A DNA stretch of 64,000 bases from Gracilinanus agilis. Lineage: Eukaryota. Made by a program: the position numbers and the translations under genes. Shown here in pieces: positions 48,919 to 60,259 of this stretch. Below the pieces are notes generated by a model. The model did no database searches and was not told where the DNA came from. It saw nothing but the letters and a program-made list of their open reading frames with translations. Within the stretch, counting starts at the first letter, position 1. Each line of letters opens with the position of its first letter. Location of the stretch: positions 759,157,009 to 759,221,008 of the forward strand of contig NC_058130.1 in the NCBI RefSeq assembly GCF_016433145.1, read 5' to 3'.

Positions 48919-49024
48919 CTTGGCATCTTGTTTGGTTAGGAAATCCACAAAGCCGAACCCTCGATGGGGGCCTGTCCCCGTCATCTTCTTTGGCAAACGG
49001 ACTGTCTTCAGCTCCCCGAAGGTG
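48919..49024 (-). CDS. RBM19: RBM19 internal coding exon (antepenultimate; RRM6 with RNP1), phase 2 to phase 0
   Basis: Minus strand reads gttctcttttgttcctag|C ACC TTC GGG GAG ... GAT GCC AAG|gtgaga. It translates to (S)[35 protein letters not shown], nearly identical to my recollection of human RBM19 [36 protein letters not shown]. Length 106 nt, canonical splice sites. Confidence 0.97.
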
Positions 49025-49893
49025 CTAGGAACAAAAGAGAACACCCAGGAGTTTTAGAGCTAAAGAACTCAAAAGGGAAAGGGAGGGAGGGAGGGAGAGA
49101 GGAAGAGAGGAGGAGAGGAAGGAAGGGCTGGACCCTGGCTCCTCTGAGCTAATCCCCTTTGAGTTACCTGCAGCCACAGCACGTTCGGCCTCTCCACAGC
49201 CCATGCTGTGGGGCTAAAGAGCCTCTGATCCCTGCTCTCGGCCCAGGTCCTGGAGGACAGGCAGTGGATGAGGAGGGAGACTCTTCGAGGACAGGGAGGG
49301 AGTCTTGTCAGTTCATCTGACAAGCAGGAAGCTGGCTCTCCCTGCCAACCTGGCCTTTCCCTCCCCCACTGTGGTAAATACACATGGGCGCACTCGGCTC
49401 TCCAAGTGTACTCCAGCTTAGAAGGCGCCCCTGCCGCAGGCTCAGAGGCCTCTCATTTGCACACCAGGTCTGTGTCTAAGGCAGTTCTGCCAGGGGTTCT
49501 GGGAGCTAGCATAGAAATCAGCTTCTGTGGGCATGGCCTGTGTGCCCCCTATTTAGCGAGAAGCAAGAGGGCTTTGTTTCCCTTGGAAAGGGAAAGGGGT
49601 GGGGGTCTGCTCTGAGCCTGGGACTCGGAGGCAGCTCACTGACAAATAGTTCACCTGTCTAGCCTCAGTCACCCTCCTACCCGCAGTGAGACCCTAAAGC
49701 CAAAGCCAGTTACAAACTCCAGAGAGCAGAGGGCTTTGGGTGGAATGGAAATGAATCAAACAGGTAAACACAGCCACTCCATTCCCCATCTTTAGAAATT
49801 TCAGGACAAAGGGCCCATTCTTTCTGGGTGCCCAACATCCTCCTCTTTGCCTCCTTGCTTCTTCCTGCCCACTTCCCCTTTGATGTCCATTTA

Positions 49894-49897
<4 letters not shown>

Positions 49898-49945
<48 letters not shown>
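49898..49945. repeat. (AC)24 microsatellite
   Basis: Seen directly. Confidence 0.97.
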
Positions 49946-49949
<4 letters not shown>

Positions 49950-52166
49950 GGCGATAAATATTTAATGCAAGTGGCACCTGAAGAGATTTGTTATTTTATT
50001 TGAAAATCTACACACACTCATCCGTGTGCATGGTGCATACAAACACACGTGTACACACACACACAAGTCTGAGATGCTGCAGGGCCAAAGAGCGATTGGG
50101 AATAAACACAGTAAAGGCCATAAATGCTCTCATGAAATGATATAAGCTAAATCCAGAGAGTTAACCCAGTGTACTGCCAGCATGACCAGGCATCTATCTA
50201 CCCAATTTCCTAAGGCAGTATGGTGTGTAAATGTAGCATTATGAATCCTTAAAATGAATCTGCACGTCTCCTCTGAGCTCTCCCCGTCTCCCTCCTCTCC
50301 ACTCCCCCCCAAGCCCTTCTCTCTTCTTTGGAAGCGACAGCAAAATAACAGAAGCTTCCCCAGGAGGGAGATGGAGGGTTGGGGATGCAGCCCGCCGGGC
50401 TGTCCCAGCTGTGGCTTTATCCAGGGTGCCGGTGGGGAGCCGGCGATGGGCTTGGGGGAAGATGGGGGGTCAGGCTGGTGTGAAAGGGCCTGCCGGGGAT
50501 GGCTGAGTGTTGGCTGGGGTGGGGATCTAAACAGGAGGTCAAGCGGATGCAGGCTCCCTACTTCTCAAGACTGGCTTTATTCTGCCACCTAATGGCCAGC
50601 TCTGCCCACAGCAGACAGATGAGCCAGCCAGCCTCTGCCTTCCCACTGCCAGGCCCCCCCACCCCTCTGCTTTGGGGCTCCATTTGTATGGGGTGCGGGT
50701 GGGGGTGGGCACTGAAGCATGTTTACCTGAGAGCCCTGTGGCTCTCGGGGAGCCCCCATAGGAAGGTTCAGGCAAATAATTGCCCCCCCCGCCACACCCA
50801 AAATGGTTTTTCTTCGCCCTTGTGATAATTAACAATGTCACAGCCACGGTGTACCTAATGAGAGAAGTGTGGTCGTGATGATGGGCTCCAATTAATTCAG
50901 CACCTTTTTGCTTTAAGAACCCAGAGCATTTACATATTCAACGAAGGTCACTCTCAATGATCTGGAAATGCCTCATCCATTGTGGTGATTATTGGGGGAG
51001 GGCTGGCCTAATCTTAGAGCCAGTGTACGCCCAGGCGAATCTTCCCTCATTTAACAGGTGGGGAAACTGAGGCTCGGGAAGATAAGGGGACTTAGCCAAG
51101 ACCACACAGGTAGTTGGTCAGTGGTGTGGCCATCCTACAAGAGCCAAGCTGGGCTAGGTCCCACGGCCATGGAGGCGGGAAAGAGCATTTGATTGCACTG
51201 CCAAAATGTACAGCAAAGCTGTGAAAAACAAAACAAACTAAAAAACCCCAAATTCCTAAAATGGGGATCTTAATCCTCCCCATTTCTTCCTCCTCCATTA
51301 TGGGTCATCGTTTTCATTGTAGCTGACCAACATCACCACCAACTTAGCATTTCCCTAGCACTATGTTAAGGTTTGCAAAGTCCTTTACATGATATTTCAG
51401 TTTATCCTCATTATTTTCACCCCCCATTTCACAGATAAGGAGACTGAGATGAAGTGATTTCCCCAGAATCGCACAGCTTGGAAGTGTCTATGGCCAGATT
51501 TGAACTCTGGTCTTCCAGGCTGCAGTGCTTCTGAGCTCACATCCATTTAGTGGTTCGGGCCATGAATCGACTCGGGATTTGGGGACATGTTCTTTTTTAG
51601 AGGCAGTCTCATCTTCTCACATAGATTTCCTTCCAGCCCAGGCCAACGTCGGGAGGTAGGCTGGCCTAAGCTTGTCCCATCTTTGCGTGTCTGCATAAAG
51701 GGGGGAGCCTGTCTCTTAATTCCACATTCGATCCAGCACTCAGCAGGCAGCTGGTGCGCCATGCGTGGTAAGGGGAGGGGGGTCTAGAGGACAGCAATGA
51801 AGATAATGATGAGGTTGGAAAGAGGTATTGGGAGGAAACCCAGGGAATTGGGCTCGCTTCCCCTGGAGAAGGGAAACCTGAGAAGGTCACAGTGATAACG
51901 GGCAAGCTGGAGGGAAGAACTCGAATGAAAGGCCTGAAGTTCCTGGCCCTTGCCTTTCCCAAAGCTACCACATGCCCATAGACAAGACCCTTCCCCCCCC
52001 TGGATTTCAGCCTGCTAGCTGAGGGGGCTTGTTGTTAGTCCTGCCTCCTTCCTTAGATTATATTTTCTTATCTGCGTAAATGCTTTTAGCCCATCCCCCA
52101 CCAATGTCTTCCAGACAGAAACTCCTAAAGGGCAGGGAATGTTAGTTTTTTTATCCTGTGATCCAC

Positions 52167-52370
52167 TTTTTTTTTCCCCCCTTAAACCCTCCCCTTCCAC
52201 CTTAGAATCTGTACCGTGTATTGCTTTCAAGGCAGAAGAGTGGTAAGGGCTAGGCAATGGGGTTTTAGGGACTTGCCCAGGGTCTCACAGCTAGGAAGGG
52301 TCTAAGGCCACATTTGAACCCAAGACCTCCTGTCTCTGGACCTGGCTCTCCATCTGCTCCCCCCCCCCCA
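52167..52370 (-). mobile_element. SINE1_Mdo-type SINE
   Basis: ttccaccttagaatctgtaccgtgtattg...gacctggctctcc. Flanks atccactttt and atccattttt resemble a target site duplication. Confidence 0.88.
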
Positions 52371-52404
52371 ATCCATTTTTACATGCCAAGGTCCTCCTGG
52401 TGTC

Positions 52405-52625
52405 ATAGGCCTGTCACCAGGAAGACTTGAATTCAAATCTGGCAAACACTAGCTGTGTGACTCAGGAAAAGTCACTTCACCTTTACCTCAGTTTCCTCAT
52501 CTATAAAATGGAAGTCACAACAGCACTTACTTTCCTGGGATGTTATGAGGATCGAAAGAGGGAATATTTGTAACGCAGTCGGCCGTGTGTGGCATTTGTA
52601 GGAGCTACAGAAATACTAGCTATTA
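52405..52625 (+). mobile_element. MIR SINE
   Basis: gaagacttgaattcaaatc...ctcagtttcctcatctataaaatgg...agctattatcatt. Confidence 0.8.
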
Positions 52626-52740
52626 TCATTACAACTACTACTACTTACTACTGCTCCTGCTGCTCCTACTACTACCACCACTACCACTACTCTTCCTCCT
52701 CCTCCTCCCACCACCATTACCGGCACTATCACTACCATTA
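52626..52740. repeat. Compound trinucleotide tract (CTA/CTG/CCA/CTC) grown from the MIR tail
   Basis: Seen directly. Confidence 0.9.
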
Positions 52741-55700
52741 AATCCTCGCCCCAATCTCAGCGGTAACAAATTAATCCATCCATCTCTAGCTTCTGTCCTT
52801 GGCCCGATCCAGCTGACTGGCCCACCTTGCCCATTCTGCTTCAAGGCTGGCCCAGGCCTCACATCTTGTCCAGCCAGGCCTCTCAAGCTAAGGCAGAACA
52901 AGGCTCTTCCCCTGCCCTCTCCCCTCTCCCTGTGTCGGCTCCTGGAGGAATGGTTGTTCTCTTTTTCAATCTGTTTCCCCAGGTCTCAGCCCAGTGTGTG
53001 GCACAGAGTGGGTGATTTTTCCATCCATGCATTCATCCATTCGAGTATTTATGAAGCACCATCAGGCACAGAGACAGAATAGGATGAAGCAGGGCCTTTC
53101 GTGCCTGCTGTTTCTGTCTCTCTCCTGTCAGTCTCTGCCCAGGCTAGACAAGCTCTTCCTCCTGACCTCTTAGGCTTCCTCCATCCCTTCCAGGTCTGGT
53201 CCAGGTACCATCTCCCATGAGAAGCCCAGCCTTCCTGAGAGTCCTAGTTCTCAGCACTCTCTTACCATGGAGAGTGATGCTGGGTCCAAATCTAGGTTCT
53301 GCCCCTTCCCTGACTCCTCATGTGACCATGGGCAAATAAAGCTCCCTATCTCAGCCTAGGTTTTCTCATTGGAGAAATGAGGAGGTTGGGGCAGATGGCC
53401 TTGAAGGTTCCTTCCAGCTCTAAAACTAGGAGCTTCTGATCCTTCATCCAATTATCTTATGTCTCCTTACGGGTGTTCATAGATGGGATGATAGATCTGG
53501 AGCTAGAAGGGATCTCAGAGCCACTGGGTCCATCCCCCTCATTCTGCAGGAGAAGAAAAAGACTGAGATGGCAAATGACTTGACCAAGGATGCAGGTAAT
53601 AGAGAAAGAGACACGATCTGAATCCAGGCCTTCCTGACCCCAAGGCCACCGAGCCATTGGAATTCCTGCTCCTCCAGGGCAGAGACCCCATCTTCTTATG
53701 ACAAGAAGACATTTAGGGGTTCTGAATGTTTGTGGAATTAAACTGGGCTGAATCTGAGTTTCAAGGACCTCCCCCTCCCCAAAGGAATGCCTCTGGGTTA
53801 GCCAGTTTCCTCAGCTTCCTCTTCTAAAAACAGAGAAAAGAGAAACCATTCTCAATGGAACCCCAAACAAGAATTAAAAATGACAAAAGGGGAGGGCCAG
53901 GGTTGGCGAGAGAAATCGATAAAGTACCCTGAGCTCCTTGGAGATAAACGATACATAAATACCAGCCATGATTACGGCTCTTATCTGACAGGAAGGTCTA
54001 TGAAACAGTTTTTAAGAGGAGCACCGAAGGGCTTTGAAGGAAGCTCCCGTGAACTGGATCACCTCAAGGATGGAGACTTCCGTCCGGGGAGAGGCTGAGA
54101 GGGGGTGAGACCGGAGAGGGAGTGACGGTAAGTAAAATAACAGGGCGGCTGCAGACTCCCATCAGAGGCCCAGGCTTCCCTGCCCGGGGAAGGAGAGACG
54201 CACGCTCCCTACTGTGTAGATAATAGAAACCACAAAATAGCAATTACTGTATCAGAAACTGTGAATAAAGAGGACATACTGGGCCTTTAAACATGCCCCC
54301 TCTTCCCTCCCCCACCATGCTCACACTTCAGTAACAAACTCACACCTCACTTTTCCAATTATTTCATTCACCTCCAGTTCACCAATTACTCCTTCAGCGC
54401 CCCCGCCCCCCCAGATCATGATTTGTTGTGAATTTGTGGGTTTTCAACAACAGGATTGTTTTCGCATTTCTAATTTATTTCGAGGTGTGTGGTGGCTGCA
54501 GAGGTGGTGCTGAGGGGGTGGGGGCGGTGGAGGGGGCCCAGGGGGTGCTGTCTAGATCTGCAAACCAATTATGCCCAGACCCTCCAGTCAACAACTCCGA
54601 GGTATGCAAATCATGTTTGCACACAGGCCCGGAATGCAAAAACAATGCTTGGGATGTAGCTGCTGAATGGGGATTTCCTTACTTCATGCAAATCGGGAGC
54701 TGGCAAATTGGACTGGCATCAGGGAGGGTTGGCGCCCACCTGCCTGGGGTTTTGGGCTCTGCTCCTGGAAAGGGTGGAATGGCACCACAAACCCTCCTCT
54801 CTCTTTATGTCCAAAAGACCCTTAGAAGCAGAATTCCTGGGAAGCGAGGGGTGAGGGAGGGCAGGAGGCAGGCCCACATCTTCCTCTACAGAGAAACCTG
54901 TCTTGCCGTCTGTGCCAGGGCACCAGGGCTCTGTGCCCTCTCTGGCATGGGGGAGGACATGCTCAGCTGTTGGTGGCTCCTCCTGGGAGCCCATGGGCAC
55001 CAAGGAGCGTGACCTGCTCTTCTCTGGGGTGCCGATCTCATGACTCACACCCCACCTACTCCAACACCTCCGTGGCATGATGGGGGAGAAGGTGTATGGC
55101 GTTCATTACCCAGAGCTCCCCCTGTACGCAAATCTACATCAAGGAGGGAGAGAAATAACTGCAAGCCTGGAGGACTCTGAGCCAAGGTGACAATGGGGCT
55201 GACTCTAGTCACTCCTGGATGAAAACTAAAGGCTCTTCTCCCCTTCCCCATGACTGGCTCTGTTCAAGGGAACAAAAGCATTTAAATCTCCTTGAGTTCA
55301 GCCCCCCCCCCCCTCACTTTACAGATGAGGAAACTGGGGCCTAGTGGGGGGAAGGGGTTGGAGATCCTGGCAGTGGGATTTCCTCTTCAGAGGCCTCTGA
55401 GACCCCTTCCAGCGATGATGACACCCTCTGACCCAGTCCCTACCCTTGGGACCTGCTGCATCTCCACACATGTTCATGGTCTGGGCAACTTTTAATGTCA
55501 AGCTGTTTGGCACTGCCACTTGGATCCTCTGCCTCTGCTTCTCATTCTTCTCCTAGACCCTGCCCTAGGTGAAGGGTTCTCCGTGAAATATGTGGGCATT
55601 TCCTGTTGTGAATTGGTGAGGTTCTGAGAAATGAGGCTATCACATGGTGGGGAGGGAAGGTATTAGAGAGGTGCGCACGTATGTGTGTGTGTCTGTGTGT

Positions 55701-55996
55701 AGGCGAAGCTACAGAAAGGGAAGTGATTTCATGTAACCCTCAAGGCTGAGAGGGAGGCAGGCCAGGAGGAGATCCATGTTGGAATGGGAAGGAGAGGCTG
55801 AGAGTGATAATCAGGTGCCCAAGGCCACTCCATAAGACTGGGAGGAAAGGCAATGCTGACTCCTCAGATCAGGACCTTGGACAGGGCAGGGACCTTGGGG
55901 ACCACTACCCAGCCTACACCTGGACCCAACACAGGGACACTGAAATTCTGTTTGAAGACCCCCACTACCTCCAAAGGCAACCCGGCCATGTTAGTC

Positions 55997-56205
55997 TTTT
56001 TTTTTTTTTTTTTTAATTCTTACTTTCTGTCTTAGAATTGATACTAAGTATAGAGATTCCAAGGCAGAAGAACAGAAAAAGTTAGGCAGTGGGGGTTAAG
56101 TGACTTGCCCAAGGTCACACAGATAGGAAGTGTCTGAGGCCAGATTTGAACCCAGATTCTCCTGCTTCCAGGCCTTGCTCTATCCACTGAAGCACCTAGC
56201 TGTCC
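55997..56205 (-). mobile_element. SINE1-type SINE with 12-bp target site duplication
   Basis: atgttagtcttt (55988-55999) and atgtcagtcttt (56208-56219), 11/12 identical. Confidence 0.9.
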
Positions 56206-56451
56206 TGATGTCAGTCTTTCAAACAAACTAATATGTCACTACTAATTACATACTTCTGTTTTTGAAATGGGAGGATCTGGTTCAAATCCAGCTTCTGATG
56301 CTAATTATTTGTGTGCTCTCTCCTGTGGCTCCTGCTTCCTCATGTGCAAAGTGAAGCAACTGGAACAGATATCCTATGGATCCCTTTCACTTTTAGCCCT
56401 AGAATCTTTTGATTTCGATTGGATGTTTTCATTCGTTCATCCATTCATTCA

Positions 56452-56620
56452 ATCTCTTACCTTCTGTCTTAGAATCAGTACAAGTATAAGTTTCAAGGCA
56501 GAGCTGTACCAGCTAGGTAACAGGGGTTAAGTGATTTATCCAGAGTCACACAACTAGGAAGTACCTGAGGCTTTATCTGAATCCAGATTCTAACTCTCTA
56601 TCCACAGCGCCAGCTAGTTG
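56452..56620 (-). mobile_element. SINE1-type SINE, older
   Basis: cttaccttctgtcttagaatcagtacaag...tatccacagcgccagctag. Confidence 0.8.
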
Positions 56621-56637
56621 TTCCTGTATATTGTTTT

Positions 56638-56827
56638 TTTTTTTTTTTTTAAACCCTTGTACTTCGGTGTATTTCTCATAGGTGGAAGATTGGTAAGGGT
56701 GGGCAATGGGGGTCAAGTGACTTGCCCAGGGTCACACAGCTGGGAAGTGGCTGAGGCCGGGTTTGAACCTAGGACCTCCTGTCTCTAGGCCTGACTCTCA
56801 CTCCACTGAGCTACCCAGCTGCCCCCA
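56638..56827 (-). mobile_element. Young full-length SINE1_Mdo with perfect 16-bp target site duplication
   Basis: tcctgtatattgtttt at 56622-56637 and 56828-56843. A box TAGCTCAGTGG (56813-56803) and B box GGTTCAAACCC (56769-56759) are intact. The site reads TT/AAAA on the minus strand. Confidence 0.95.
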
Positions 56828-57564
56828 TCCTGTATATTGTTTTAACAAAGATTAATTCTTTATATTTTTAAAAGACTTGTTGGTCTTTTGGATTTAAATT
56901 TCCCATGACTGCAAAAGTATAAAAATATTTTTGGTAAATAGTATTCCAGTGTTCTTTTCTCTACATAATATGATAGAAGAATATAAGCCGTAGTCTCTGC
57001 CCTCAAAAATACAGTTGGAGAGCTATCATCCACACATGCCTCCCTTTCCCACAAAGACGCAATGAGATTCACAGTAGACAGAACCACCTCTTTTGAAAGA
57101 CTTGTCTCAAGACTAAAAAAATAAGTCAAAAGTAGAACCTAGGTCTTCTGCCTTCTTTTCCCAACCCTTAAATCAACAAAGACTGAGCCCTAGAAGGTCC
57201 TTTAGAGGCTAATTAATCCAACCCCTTCATTTTTAGAGATGAGGAAACTGAAATATAGACATTAAGTGATTTGCCCAGGATCACACAGCTATGAAGCAAG
57301 ATTTGCATTTACTGATTCCAGTTCTAGCACTAAATATTGGCCATTTACTGCGGATAAAAGGGGGAAAATGAAACGGTCTGCCTTCAAGGAGCTTACATCT
57401 CATTATAGGGAAAGAAGCCAAGAAGGCCATTACTGCTGGTTAGACCTACATAAAACACGCCCAGCTTAGAAATCCAGCCAACAAACTGAGAAAGGTGTCT
57501 TATGAAGATTCTCTGTCCCTTCTCTTCCCAACCAAACTACTTGCTTTCTTCTGAGGAACAGCTA

Positions 57565-57800
57565 CAGTAGCCAGGTGACCCAGTGGTAGAGCTACCAGGC
57601 GTGGAGTCAGGAAGACCCACCTGAGTTCAAATCCGACCTCAGACATTTGCTAGCTGTGGGGCCCTAACAAAGTCATTTAACCTTGTTTGCCTCAGTTAAC
57701 TGATCTGTCAAATGAATTGGAGGAGGAAATAGCAAACCACTCCAGTATCTTTTCCATGAAAACCCCAAATGGGTCCAAAGAGTCAGATATGAATGAAAGA
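57565..57800 (+). mobile_element. MAR1 SINE
   Basis: ggaggaaatagcaaaccactccagtatcttt...aaaaccccaaatggg. Confidence 0.88.
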
Positions 57801-58269
57801 GCTGGAAGCCTTGGGCCAAGGGGTACCGAGCAATAGTGGCCACATCCTCCACATAAAGTGCTGGCAAACAAACCTGGGTTGAGGGACGGGGTCTTTAGTT
57901 AAGTGCGTCCTTGATGATGACTAGACATTTTTTTCACCCCTCTTGTTGTGTGTGAATCCTATGGCTATGCACTAGGGTCCAGGAAACGTTGACTTATATA
58001 ATTTTTTAGTGCTCTTTCCAGAGGTTAAAGCAAAACAAACCATTTTATTAGTCTAGGAACAAAAATGTATCCACACATGTTTTGGTTTGCTCATAATAGG
58101 CATATATTTGGAATATTTAGAGATGTGGAAGCCTGGGAAGTAGCTGGAAAAATAAAGGAAGAAAAATGTGTTCTTTTTTTTTTGGCTACCCCATCCTTCC
58201 TCAAATCCCTAACATCATCTCTCTCCCTACAGAACACACACAGAGGCAGAAAGAAGCCTGTGGTAGGAT

Positions 58270-58410
58270 GGGTGACTAGGACAGCAAAGGGGACATTAGA
58301 CAGGAGACCAGGATCTCTGAGGACTGAAGGAGTTGAGCAGATTTAACCTGGAGAAGATGACTCAGGACAGCCAGGGGCATGGTCTCTGAATATTTGGAAT
58401 TGTCAAGAAT
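58270..58410 (+). mobile_element. L3/CR1 fragment
   Basis: gactgaaggagttgagcagatttaacctggagaagatgactcagg. Confidence 0.65.
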
Positions 58411-58804
58411 TATATCAATGAGTTATCATTCTTATAAGGCAGTAAGATGACATAGTGAGTAGAACACTGGATTTGAACTCAGGAAGAGTTGAATAATTCC
58501 CAGATATCTGGAATCTGTTCAATGACATCTCTAGATCAGAGCTGGTACTGGGACAGAATGAACCCAGGAGCTCCGAGAGCCTATGCAGCTTGGCATTTAC
58601 CAGTTTGTTGTGGCTTGGGGTGTAGGGGTGAGAAAAGGAATGGAATATTGGAGAATCAAAAGGGTGGGAACAATGTGGCATTCTTTAGAAAGATAAACCA
58701 GGACTTGCTCTAGCTTCCAAGACCAAAGTTATTTTCTGGAATTGGTTGTAGGGGGGAAAGGTTTGGAGTTTCATTGACTCCAAAGAATACTCTTATTTAC
58801 AAGA

Positions 58805-58960
58805 CTTTTTTTTTTTTAAAACCTTTACTGTGTATTGGTACCAAGGCAAAGAGAGGTTAAGGGCTAGGCCACGGGGGCTAAGTAACAGCTAGGAAGTATC
58901 TGCAGTCAGATTTGAACCAAGGACTTCGTGGCAATAAATCCATTGAGTCACCTAGCTGCA
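58805..58960 (-). mobile_element. SINE1-type SINE with internal deletions
   Basis: T-run followed by aaaacctttactgtgtattggtaccaaggc...cattgagtcacctagctgc. Confidence 0.8.
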
Positions 58961-60124
58961 CCTCCTTCCCTTTTTAAAAAAAGGAACTGTCTTTTTAGAT
59001 GACTCAATCAGCTATCATCCATAACCCCCCACACACCCAAAAGAAAGAAATTCATAGCACTGTACTGCTATCTATAGCAAATAAGGACATACGTGGTGTG
59101 GATTTATGGAGAACACGGGCAAGAATCTCCTAAGAGGAGCTGCCCTGAATGGCCTGGGATCTGTTCAGCCAGAAAGGGTGAGGCCATCATGGAGTGCAAG
59201 ACTGTCGATTTAGAATGGAAGAGACCTTCAAAGCCATCTAACCCAACCCCACGATTTTATAAATGAGAGGACAGGCCCAGGGAAGTAAGATGACTTCCCC
59301 AAAGCCTCTCAGGCAGGGGTGATAGAGGAGTGATCTGAACCCTAGCCCTTGAACCCCCATATTCAGGGCTTGTTTCACTTTTTCATGTTATCTAGCTTTT
59401 CAAATTATTGAAACATTTAAGCAATTTAGCAAAATCTAAATCCTGGGGAGATGGTAGGTGAAAATTCAACAACTAAATGGAAGGAGCAGGGTGAGAAAAG
59501 AGTCTCTCTTTTGGGTTTTGTTTTGTTATGGTGGTGGTTGTTTTTTATCTAGATTTGGGAATTAATGGGTATAGATTACTTCTAGCATGTAAAAGTCTTC
59601 AATTACCATCAAGTGGTAATTCAGCTGAAACTTAGGATTGCCAGGTATCTGGAATCTGTTTAATGATATCTCAGGATCAGAGGTGGCACTGGGTCGGAAT
59701 GAACCCAGGAGTTCTGAGAGCCTAAGCAGCTTAGTGTTGGGTGTTTACCAGCTTGTTGTGGCTTGATTTTGAGTTAAAGGAGACCTTTTAGGAAGTTATC
59801 TATTCTTATCTCCCCATTCTACACAAGAGGGGACTGAGGTCCAGAGAAATAACTTGCCTCAGGCAAAACAGATAAAAAGCAATAAAGTCAGGATTTAAAC
59901 CCAGAAGAGTCTTAAAACCAAACTCTACACTCTTTCCATTGTCTGTGAGTGCCCACTTTCTCACAGTCAGTACATTCTAGAAGCAGTACTTGAATCAAGC
60001 GCTCCCTGACTCCACAGCTAGCCTCCTGGCCACTACAGAATGCTGCCTAATTCCTTAGGCACTGATTGTTAAATATCAATCATCTGTGTGGCAAAACAGA
60101 AAGAGCTTTGGGTTGGGACCTAAG

Positions 60125-60259
60125 ATCCCTGGGAGTGACCTTGGACAAGTCACTTAACCCCCATTGACTAGCCCTTACTGCTCTTTTGCCTTGGAACCAA
60201 TACAAAGTATTGATTCTAAGAAGGAAGGCAAGTGTTTTTTAATTTAAAAAAAAAAAAAA
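60125..60259 (+). mobile_element. SINE1-type SINE, 5' truncated (the only long plus-strand copy)
   Basis: gtgaccttggacaagtcacttaacccccattgactagccc...ggaaccaatacaaagtattgattctaag...A13. Confidence 0.88.

Noticed and set aside
52585-53082. 165-aa ORF with a poly-Leu/Pro stretch resembling a signal peptide
   Set aside because: It is encoded by a compound trinucleotide tract between a MIR tail and an L2.
52880-53090. Tail-to-tail L2 pair, a configuration known to give rise to some miRNAs
   Set aside because: By eye the arms lack the long complementarity needed for a pre-miRNA hairpin. RNAfold plus small-RNA data would be needed to revive the idea.
54428-55012. 194-aa plus-strand ORF
   Set aside because: It has no recognisable domain or splice context, and it overlaps motif-rich non-coding islands in GC-rich sequence.
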